15,051 nucleotides of DNA, taken from assembly GCA_001600695.1 (NCBI GenBank), contig BCKQ01000020.1, forward strand, positions 212,770-227,820, in the 5' to 3' direction. Under the pieces are notes generated by a model, which was not told the DNA's origin, searched no databases, and saw only the letters and a list, made by a program, of their open reading frames with translations. The position numbers and the translations under genes were made by a program. Source of the stretch: Ascoidea asiatica JCM 7603. Lineage: Eukaryota; Fungi; Ascomycota. This document shows positions 8,201 to 15,051 of this stretch, piece after piece. Numbering within the stretch: the first letter of the stretch is position 1; the number at the start of each line of letters is the position of its first letter.

Positions 8201-11200
8201 CATAATTAAATAATTTTTTACCAATATGATTATTATGTACTAATTCACCAAGTTCCATAGGTTCCATATCTCTTAAAGTATCAATAGAAGCATTAATATT
8301 TCTTAATTTATTTAAAATATTTATTGGTAAATCAAATTGTGCCATTGGATGATCCCAATACCAAATTCTTTTATCAACACTTTTACAAATTGATAACATA
8401 ACTCTTGAAAAAATTCCCCATAATCTATTTATACCAATTAAAAATAAAGCTCTACAAATTCTTGCAGAATTTTGAGCAACATAATTTGAATCAGATATAA
8501 GAGCAGAATCTTGAATTGAAGCCTTTGAAATAAATGCTTGTAATAAAATATTAGTTTTTGATTGACTTGAATCTGGGGTATTAGCAATTTGACAATGAAC
8601 AGCATTTTCCATTAATTTAGTAAGTTCATCAGCTTCTTCTTCTCTAAATTTAACATTATCAAATTCACTACTCATACTTATCATTGATAAAACATCAGCT
8701 TCAGTTGCTTTTGGATTTAAAATTTGATTAAAAATTTCAACTGAATCACTTAATAAATAAAAATCAGAAGCAACACGACCTAAATCTTTTGAAATTAATG
8801 AAGAAGATTTTGAATCATAAACAATCATTTGTAAAGAATGTAATTTTTTTGCAGCTTCTATAATCATTTTTCTTCTTTTATTAACTAATTGTGGATCTTC
8901 AGTTAATTCTTGCCATTCAATTGCATAACCAAATGGATTTTGTCTCATTCTAACAAACATATAAGTATAACCTAACCAAGTTATACCTTCTTCAACATTT
9001 GTAACAGTACCTAAAGAAATTTCTGCATTTAAATTATCAATTAATTTTGAAGCTAATTTACTTTCAATTGGATGTTGTTGAGTTAATAAATTTAAATAAT
9101 GATCTAATTTATCATTTGAAGTTATTAAAATTCCAGTACCAAATTTTTCAAATTGAGGTCTACCAGCTCTACCAAAAATTTGAATAACATCAGAAATACC
9201 TAAATCAATAAAACCACCTTGTTTTGAATCATAAACTTGAGTACCTTTAATAATTACAACAGAAGCAGGTAAATTAACACCCCAAGCTAAAGTTGCAGTA
9301 CAAACAAGTACTTGAATAATACCATCTAAAAACATTTTTTCTATTAAATTTCTATCACTACGTAACATACCAGCATGATGACAACCAAAACCAAAAGGAA
9401 ATAATTCTTTAATATCTTTATTTCTACTTCTTTGATTTAATTCTTTTTCATATTTTTGATATAATTTTGGATTTTTAGATTTTAAATTAAATAATAAAGA
9501 ATATTCAGGATCTTCTTTAATCATATTAATTAAATTTTTTGAAGTTTTAATAGTATCTTTTCTTGAAGTTACAAAAATCATAACTTTATTACCTTGTTGA
9601 ATATTTTCAATTAATTTTTTATAAGTTATTTTTTCAATATTATCTCTTGATTGAAAAGAACCAGATTTACCTTTTACACCAATAATTTCTTGTTTTAAAG
9701 GTACAGGTCTAAAACTTGAATCAAAATAAAACATACCAATATTTCTATTAACATTTAAGAAATCAGCAACATCAGTATAATTTGGTAAAGTTGCAGATAA
9801 ACCTAAGATTCTAATCATTGATTGAGTTGATTCAACTTGTCTTAAAGTTCTTGCAACTAAAGATTCAATTACAGAACCTCTTTCTTCATGTAAAAGATGA
9901 ACTTCATCAATAATTAATAATTTAACTTTTGAAATTAATTCATCATCACCATTTGATTTTCTTGTAACAATATCCCATTTTTCTGGAGTTGTAATAATAA
10001 TTTGAGTTGAAAAAATTTCTGATTTTGTTAATTGCATATCACCAGTTAATTCTCTTATTTGAATATTTAACCAATTTAATTTTTTTTGAAATTTATTTAC
10101 AATTTCTGAAGCAAGAGCTTTTAATGGAGCTATATAAATAATTTTAAAATCATTTAAATTTATATTAATTTCATTATCACCATTTAATAAAAAATTTTCA
10201 GATAAAAATAAATTTATAGTATGTAAAATTGTTAATAAAGCAATATCAGTTTTACCAGAACCAGTTGGAGAACAAATTAATAAATTTTCATTAGTATTAA
10301 AAGCAATTGGATAAACTAAAGATTGAACTTGATTTAAAGATTTATAATTTTTAAAAGTTTTTTTACATAAAAAATTTAAATTATTAATCAAAATTAATGG
10401 ATTTGATAATTTAATTTTTTCACTCATTGAAAGAACTGAGTTATTATTGTTGTTATTTTTGTTGTTGTTTGTTGGATATGGTATTAAAATTTCTTCATAA
10501 TTTATAAAAGATTGTCTAATTGTACCATTTGGTAAAGAATATTTTTTACCAATTATTGATAAAGTATTATTTGAATTATAATTTTGATAAACATGAGGAT
10601 AAGAATTTTTTAATTGAATTGGTAAAATTTTTAAATTTTTTGAAATTTCAAAATTTTCTTTTAATTTTCTTTGTTTTTGATATTCAGTTAAAAATATTGG
10701 TTGTATTGGATTAAAATTAGTTGATGATTGAGATTGAGATTGAGATTGAGATTGAGATTGAGATTGAGATTGAATATATTTTTTAAGAATTTTAATATTT
10801 TTTAAGATTATTGTAATTAAATCAAAATTTTCAAAACCTAGAATATCAAATAAAGAAGATTGAATTTGTTCATCTTGTTTATCATCTTCATCATCTTCAT
10901 CATTACAGTTTTTTGAAATAGTTGTAAGAATAATTTGAATTAAATCATTTGAATTTGAATATTGTATTGAATTTGAAATTTTTTCAATTTTTTTAAAAAT
11001 ATTATTATAAATATCTTCTTCATTTTTTGAAAAAATTATAATTTTTAAACAATTTTTATCATAATTATTAATAAAATTTAAATTTTTTTTAATTTCATTA
11101 AAATTTTCAATTAATTTATTAAAATTTTTTAAAATTTCTTTTAATTCTTTTGAATTATCAACATCTAATTCTTTTAATTGATTATAATTATTATTATAAT

Positions 11201-11321
11201 TATTATTATTATTATAATCTTTTGGTAATGAATTTGATGAAACTTGATTTAAATGTTGAGCCATATAATTCATTGCATTCATATAAGATTTAGTTGAATT
11301 TATAGAATATGAAGTTGCCAT
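5262..11321 (-). CDS. SLH1: Ski2-like RNA helicase Slh1/Rqt2 (ASCC3 ortholog; RQT ribosome quality-control complex), 2019 aa
   Basis: Two tandem helicase cassettes: PTGSGKT/DEVH/TATLAWGVNLPA/QIFGRAGRPQF and PTGSGKT/DEIH/TSTLAWGVNLPA/QMMGRAGRPAY, each followed by a Sec63-like region. Intact motifs in the second cassette favour Slh1/ASCC3 over Brr2. Confidence 0.95.
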   Translation of the reverse strand: MATSYSINSTKSYMNAMNYMAQHLNQVSSNSLPKDYNNNNNYNNNYNQLKELDVDNSKELKEILKNFNKLIENFNEIKKNLNFINNYDKNCLKIIIFSKNEEDIYNNIFKKIEKISNSIQYSNSNDLIQIILTTISKNCNDEDDEDDKQDEQIQSSLFDILGFENFDLITIILKNIKILKKYIQSQSQSQSQSQSQSQSSTNFNPIQPIFLTEYQKQRKLKENFEISKNLKILPIQLKNSYPHVYQNYNSNNTLSIIGKKYSLPNGTIRQSFINYEEILIPYPTNNNKNNNNNNSVLSMSEKIKLSNPLILINNLNFLCKKTFKNYKSLNQVQSLVYPIAFNTNENLLICSPTGSGKTDIALLTILHTINLFLSENFLLNGDNEININLNDFKIIYIAPLKALASEIVNKFQKKLNWLNIQIRELTGDMQLTKSEIFSTQIIITTPEKWDIVTRKSNGDDELISKVKLLIIDEVHLLHEERGSVIESLVARTLRQVESTQSMIRILGLSATLPNYTDVADFLNVNRNIGMFYFDSSFRPVPLKQEIIGVKGKSGSFQSRDNIEKITYKKLIENIQQGNKVMIFVTSRKDTIKTSKNLINMIKEDPEYSLLFNLKSKNPKLYQKYEKELNQRSRNKDIKELFPFGFGCHHAGMLRSDRNLIEKMFLDGIIQVLVCTATLAWGVNLPASVVIIKGTQVYDSKQGGFIDLGISDVIQIFGRAGRPQFEKFGTGILITSNDKLDHYLNLLTQQHPIESKLASKLIDNLNAEISLGTVTNVEEGITWLGYTYMFVRMRQNPFGYAIEWQELTEDPQLVNKRRKMIIEAAKKLHSLQMIVYDSKSSSLISKDLGRVASDFYLLSDSVEIFNQILNPKATEADVLSMISMSSEFDNVKFREEEADELTKLMENAVHCQIANTPDSSQSKTNILLQAFISKASIQDSALISDSNYVAQNSARICRALFLIGINRLWGIFSRVMLSICKSVDKRIWYWDHPMAQFDLPINILNKLRNINASIDTLRDMEPMELGELVHNNHIGKKLFNYVNRFPILLIDGEIFPITDTVMRVHLIIEADFIWDDKIHSKLECFHLTCEESDNISNVLYYQKVLINKRNFKNVQELDFMIPLKDPIPTQIVVRAISDSWIGSESLHTISFKHLIKPHNETLITKLLKLQPLPVMALQNSKYESIYNSKFLFFNPMQTMVFHTLYHSNSSVFIGSPTGSGKTVAAELAIWHAFNEYPDSKIVYIAPMKALVRERVDDWRKRITPKTGFKLVELTGDSTPDIGEVKEAKIIVTTPEKFDGISRNWQTRSFVQNISLVIMDEIHLLASDRGPILEMIVSRMNYISSQTKKPVRLLGMSTAVANAMDMASWLGIQNGLFNFPQSVRPVPLQMYIDGFPDNLAFCPLMKKMNKPAYMAIKQHSPEKPVLIFVASRRQTRLTALDLIHLCGMETNPRRFLKTSEEEIETIIERVKDETLKISLQFGIGLHHAGLVESDRKISHELFQNNKIQILIATSTLAWGVNLPAHLVIIKGTQFFDAKIEAYRDMDLTDILQMMGRAGRPAYDTKGIAIIYTKESKKTFYKHFINIGFPVESSLHKVLDNHIGAEISSGTIKTREDAMEFLSWTFLYRRAHHNPTYYGIEETSVAGISSYLGELIDKTIENLKESKCILIKGDKNKQIIKSTPFLDISSYYYMSHKTIRNVMNKINNNLSFKECLILLSEASEYDELPTRHGEELINMEMSEILRYKSDNIKDVPIWDPHLKTFLLLQAYFTRMELPIADYSQDTVTVLDQSLRILQAYIDISSELGYLNSVLKFICLMQCIKQGYWYDDDSITSLPGLKLKKKNEMKIQINFKEFCNLNLKEVDNFLNLNEIFIEDEIKRKEFNKIFKRLPIGKSFNKINNEINNEINNEDIIKIKQNNKNSIEIEIIHKNKLNLNKFELYCSKFPKFQRESWFFIICDIEINELYFIKRCSPKYFKNEEKNKIIGNFKIPEEIYGNELDIICICDGMDIEYRTRYLFQK
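10726..10773 (-). repeat. (GATTGA)8 coding repeat encoding a (QS)n tract in the Slh1 N-terminal region
   Basis: Read directly from the sequence; protein reads IQSQSQSQSQSQSQSQSS. Confidence 0.9.
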
Positions 11322-11401
11322 TTTGAATAAATAATGTATTCTTGGTTGTTCTAGTATCCAATCAAATTACTTAAACAACTATTCTTTATTTTCTTATCTT
11401 C

Positions 11402-11524
11402 TCTATTATATCTATTATATCTATTATATCTATTATATCAATCAATCTATATCAATCAATCTATATCTATTATATCTATTATATCTATATCTATTATATC
11501 TATATCTTTATATCTTTATATCTA
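11402..11524 (-). repeat. Compound TCTATTATA / TCTATA / TCTTTATA minisatellite in the SLH1 promoter
   Basis: Imperfect tandem array of 6-, 8- and 9-nt variants read directly from the sequence. Confidence 0.85.
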
Positions 11525-11719
11525 CTTCCTGTTTCTCAAACTCGTCCCAAAACGGAAAGTTCTGGAAACTGCGCCAGTCGGAATGCAATTACTCAAACCG
11601 GAAACTGCTCGATTTCCGACTTGATTTTAATTTTTTCAAATTTTCAACCACAAAAAAACAAACAAAGAAAAAGGAATAAAAAAAAGAATAAAAAAAAGAA
11701 TATTTAAAAGAATATTTAA

Positions 11720-12289
11720 AAAAGAATATACAAAAGTAAACAAGAAGAAGAAGAAGAAGAAGAAGAAGAAGAAGAAGAAGAAGAGAATAGTAATAGTGAA
11801 TTTATATCAAATTTAAAAATATTTTATTTAACTTTCAAAGAAATAAGTAAATATAATGGAGTTTCAGAATTTAAAGAAGTGATTAATGAATATATTAATA
11901 TAATTATATTAAATTGTATGAATAATAAAGTTTTAATTAGAAATTATTGTAAACAATTAATTTATTTAATTAATAAAGATTATAGTTATTGGAATATAAG
12001 TAAAATGAAAGAAATTTTAGAAATTATGAATACAATTTTAGATATTTTAAATTTGAATGAATTTAATGATATTAAAAAAAAAGATTTTCTCAATTGTTTA
12101 AATGAAGAAATTATTAATAATAGTTATATTCCAATTGGAGAAGATGAAGAGAATTATTAAGTTTATTAGATTATTGTATTGAAATTAATCAAATTGGAAT
12201 CACCAGATCAATGAATATTCATTCAAACTGCAGCAGGAATTATTGTCAATGCTTATTCCATACAACACTTCAATAAAAATGATCAATAA
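11720..12289 (+). pseudogene. Coding-like remnant with no ATG at its 5' end, an apparent frameshift and internal stops; family unknown
   Basis: One frame is open from 11720 to 12160 (KRIYKSKQ-E14-NSNSEFISNLKIFYLTFKEISKYNGVSEFKEVINEY...), with the first in-frame ATG only at 11918. Protein-like sequence continues in the -1 frame from 12151 (ELLSLLDYCIEINQIG...) and again in the original frame at 12215-12289 (IFIQTAAGIIVNAYSIQHFNKNDQ*). Confidence 0.45.
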
Positions 12290-12334
12290 ACCTTTAATTT
12301 TTTATATTCTTTATTTATATTCTTTATTTATATT

Positions 12335-12480
12335 CGCTGCACTGGGATTATCGAGAACCGAGGCAGATTGCCCGTTCGGGCATTGCCCTTTCTGGCCAAT
12401 TCCGGTCTGCACGTGCTGCTTACGTAATCCATTTGTCATCCGGTGCTTCCGCTGTATCCGTCTGTTTCCGCGCCACGGAT
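12335..12480 (+). promoter_or_regulatory. GC-rich regulatory island upstream of YAP180
   Basis: Palindromes TGCCCG-TT-CGGGCA (12369-12382), GCACGTGC (12409-12416, E-box) and TTACGTAA (12420-12427, bZIP/Yap-type); CCAAT at 12396-12400; five TCCG half-sites. Confidence 0.5.
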
Positions 12481-12582
12481 GAAAAAAGGGGTTTTCTTGT
12501 CCAGTCACCAACAATAGAAAAAGGCAACGAAACTCTGTGAATGTCACGAAAGTAATAAAAAGTATGTACAAAACAAGAGATA

Positions 12583-12615
12583 ATGAAATATATATGAAAT
12601 ATATATGAAATATAT
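12583..12615 (+). repeat. (ATGAAATATAT)3 tandem repeat in the YAP180 proximal promoter
   Basis: Three perfect 11-nt units. Confidence 0.9.
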
Positions 12616-12680
12616 ATTTTAATTATATTCATTCATATTCTATTTAATATTCAATAATATCCTATTCTATTCTAGAAATA

Positions 12681-14040
12681 ATGACAACTTATGAGAAAAT
12701 TGTAAAAGGTGCAACTAAGATTAAATTAGCTTCTCCAAAACCAAAATATATTGAACCAATATTATTATCAACTTCAAATAATAATGATTTTAGAAATGTA
12801 ATGAAATTTATTTCAATCAGATTACAAAATTCAAATTATATTATAATTTTAAAATCTTTAATTGTTTTACATTTAATGATTAGAGAAGGTGAATTAAATA
12901 AAACTTTAAATTATTTATATAAAAATTTAAATATTTTAAATATTAATATTAATATTATTACAATTAATAATCATAATCATAATAATCATTCAAATGATAA
13001 TGATGATATAAATTTAAATTTTTTAAAAAATTATGCAAATTATCTTATAACAAGATCAAAACAATATCAATTAACTAGAATAGATTATGTAAGATATGAA
13101 AAATCAATTCTTAAACAATCTTCTTTATCTTCTTCTTCTTCATCTTCTTCCAATAATAATAATAATAATGGTGGTAGATTAAGAAATTTATCAATTGAAA
13201 AAGGTTTACTTATAGAAGTTGAAAGTATTGAAAATCAAATAAATTCTTTATTATTATGTAAAAATAATGAATATCAATTATCAAAAAATATTTTATATTT
13301 AACTTCTTTTAAATTATTAATTAATGATTTACTTTCTTTATATCAATCTTTAAATGAAGGTGTAATAAATATTTTAGAACATTATTTTGAAATGAATAAA
13401 TTAAATTCATTAAAATCTTTCTGAAATATTTATAAAATTTTTGTTAATTTAACAAATAATGTTGTAAATTTTTTAAAAATTGCAAAACATTTAGAAAAAA
13501 TTTCAAATTTAAAAATTCCAATTATTAAACATGCTCCAACTGCTTTAACTAATTCTTTAGAAGATTATTTAAATGATAAAGATTTTGAAATTAATAGAAA
13601 ATTTTATTTATCTGAAAAAAATAAAAAAAAAAATTCTCAATCTATTCATAATCATAATCATAATCATAATAATAATGATAAAGATAAAGAAAGATTTAAA
13701 AAAACTAATGAAATTAAAAATTTAAAATTAATTGATAACAAAATTAAAGATGAATCAAATAATGAAATTAATAATAACAATAATAATAATAATAATAATA
13801 ATATTAACAATAACAATAATGAATTAATTGTACAACAAACTGGTTATAATCCTTGGGCATTGGCATTACAAAATCAAATTCAAAATCCAATTCATATTAA
13901 TCAAGTCTTTATACCAATTCAACAACAACAACAACCATTACAATCTACCATGCAAACAGGAATGCAACCTATAATGCAAACTGGATTTCAAACTGGTATG
14001 CAAACTGGTATGCAAACTGGAATTCAACCACTACAATTTC

Positions 14041-14081
<41 letters not shown>

Positions 14082-14591
14082 CCTGTAATTCAACCATTAC
14101 AAATGCAACAAATGCAACAACAATCTTTACAACAACAACCTGTAATTCAAATTCCAATGCAAACAAATGTTCAAAATCCTTTTATAAATCAAACACCAAC
14201 TTTATCAATTCAAAAAACTGGTACAAGTAATCCATTCTCTATGGATAATATTAATACAACAATTAATTCTACTATTAAAAGATCAAAAACAAATCCATTT
14301 TCTTTATCTTCAACAACATCAAATTCAAATGTAATCTCAAATAGTAATCCATTTAATTATGTTAATAATGAAGCTAATTTAAATTTAATTCAATCTCAAA
14401 AAACTGGTAATAATCCATTTACTTCTACTATTAATTCAAATAATAATATTAATAATTCAAATGCTACTTTTGGTGGTTTAGAAAATTTACCAACAATTCC
14501 AATTTTCAATTCAAATAATAATTTAAATAATAACTTTAATAATTCAAATAATTTAAATAATCTATATAATAATAATCAAAGTTTAATATAA
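12681..14591 (+). CDS. YAP1802: Clathrin coat assembly protein AP180 (Yap1801/Yap1802 family, ANTH domain), interrupted by one in-frame TGA at 13422-13424
   Basis: The N-terminus MTTYEKIVKGATKIKLASPKPKY...KSLIVLHLMIREG...LNEGVINILEHYFEM is an ANTH domain. After the TGA the same frame continues NIYKIFVNLT...KIPIIKHAPTALTNSLEDYLND and stays open into the 13860-14591 ORF, which carries five NPF motifs, QxTG repeats and polyQ. The two track ORFs are therefore one gene. YAP1801 and YAP1802 cannot be distinguished. Confidence 0.9.
14040..14081 (+). repeat. (CAA)14 polyglutamine tract in YAP180
   Basis: Read directly from the sequence. Confidence 0.95.
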
Positions 14592-14653
14592 TTTCATATA
14601 TTTATATATAAATTACTTTATAAATCTTAATTTCAATTTCAATTTCAATTTTA

Positions 14654-14688
14654 ATATTTTATATTTTATATTTTATATTTTATATTTT
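14654..14688. repeat. (ATATTTT)5 repeat in the 101-nt convergent gap between YAP180 and the aldolase paralog
   Basis: Read directly from the sequence. Confidence 0.85.
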
Positions 14689-14692
14689 ATTT

Positions 14693-15051
14693 TTAATTTA
14701 AAAAATCATCATTTAAACTTAATTGATATTCAAATTCATTTTGAAATTCTGCATAAAGTGATTCATAATCTCCTGTTGCTGATTCTGTAAAATTTGCAAT
14801 TTCATTTGGAATTATTCTTTTTTTTAGATTTGAAATACTTTCAACTTTTAATTGTATTTCACAAGATCTTTCCATTAATTCGAATAAATATGCAGCTTCA
14901 TCAACTGTTTTACCAACTGTTAAAATTCCATGATTTTGTAAAATTACTGCTTTATCATTTTTATTCATTGAATTTGCAATATCAATACCTTCACTTTTAT
15001 CAATTGCAACACCACCAAAGTTTTCATAAACTGAATGAGAATTATAAAAAA
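14693..15051 (-). CDS. Class II aldolase/adducin head-domain protein, second paralog, 3' part only
   Basis: Frame is open from the window edge: FYNSHSVYENFGGVAIDKSEGIDIANSMNKNDKAVILQNHGILTVGKTVDEAAYLFELMERSCEIQL...FQNEFEYQLSLNDDFLN*. Confidence 0.9.
   Translation of the reverse strand, partial: FYNSHSVYENFGGVAIDKSEGIDIANSMNKNDKAVILQNHGILTVGKTVDEAAYLFELMERSCEIQLKVESISNLKKRIIPNEIANFTESATGDYESLYAEFQNEFEYQLSLNDDFLN
14840..15019 (-). repeat. Right arm of the inverted repeat (pairs with 1-180)
   Basis: 176/180 identity to bases 1-180 in reverse complement. Confidence 0.95.

Noticed and set aside
5262-11321. BRR2 assignment for the large helicase
   Set aside because: The second cassette retains full GSGKT/DEIH/GRAGR motifs, which fits Slh1/ASCC3. 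The Brr2 C-terminal cassette is degenerate.
11402-11524. CRISPR-like or telomeric repeat array
   Set aside because: The context is eukaryotic, the units are 6-9 nt with no unique spacers, and there is no G-rich telomeric strand. It is a simple slippage minisatellite.
12243-12632. ORFs 12243-12482, 12311-12571 and 12420-12632
   Set aside because: They overlap each other across a GC-rich promoter island where stops are rarer, and their codon usage is unlike the real genes.
13422-13424. Genome-wide UGA=Trp code, or selenocysteine
   Set aside because: TGA terminates other genes here (334-336, where the paralog has TAA; also the 771 ORF). The position is not a conserved Trp or Cys, budding yeasts lack the Sec machinery, and I see no SECIS-like element in the short AT-rich 3' gap.
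3175-14166. Short overlapping ORFs 3175-3366, 6013-6255, 10520-10714 and 13969-14166
   Set aside because: They are alternate-frame or antisense shadows of ECM11, SLH1 and YAP180, caused by codon bias and AAT/CAA repeats.
12681-14591. Two separate genes, a frameshift, or an intron explaining the YAP180 break
   Set aside because: Both ORFs are in the same frame and the linker 13425-13859 is open and encodes the end of the ANTH domain. There is no GT...AG pair around the TGA, and the alignment leaves room for only about 3 nt.
181-14839. Mating-type flip/flop locus
   Set aside because: No alpha-box, HMG or homeodomain ORF is recognisable inside the inverted repeat. SNRRRLK in the orphan ORF lacks the invariant homeodomain W-(F/V)-x-N context.

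Overview
Extremely AT-rich (roughly 20% GC by eye), intron-poor eukaryotic DNA with a budding-yeast (Saccharomycotina) gene set. From left to right: the 3' end of a class II aldolase/adducin-family gene (+), an orphan 271-aa ORF (-), an ECM11-like meiotic gene (+), ATP4 (+), the SLH1/ASCC3-type double helicase (-), an ATG-less, frameshifted coding-like remnant (+), a YAP180/AP180 ANTH clathrin adaptor (+), and the 3' end of a second class II aldolase paralog (-). Two things stand out. (1) The two aldolase copies point inward and form an inverted repeat that is 176/180 nt identical and then diverges abruptly, so about 14.7 kb is bracketed like an invertible segment that could swap the two C-termini. 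(2) The YAP180 gene is one continuous frame (12681-14591) broken by a single in-frame TGA at 13422-13424 inside the ANTH domain. Against homolog spacing as I remember it, this TGA is an extra codon rather than a substituted one. Weaker leads are a hAT-dimerisation-like motif in the orphan ORF, a possible non-consensus 5' UTR intron removing three uATGs ahead of ECM11, and a foldable intergenic segment at 410-554. All family assignments come from motif recognition; no database search was run.
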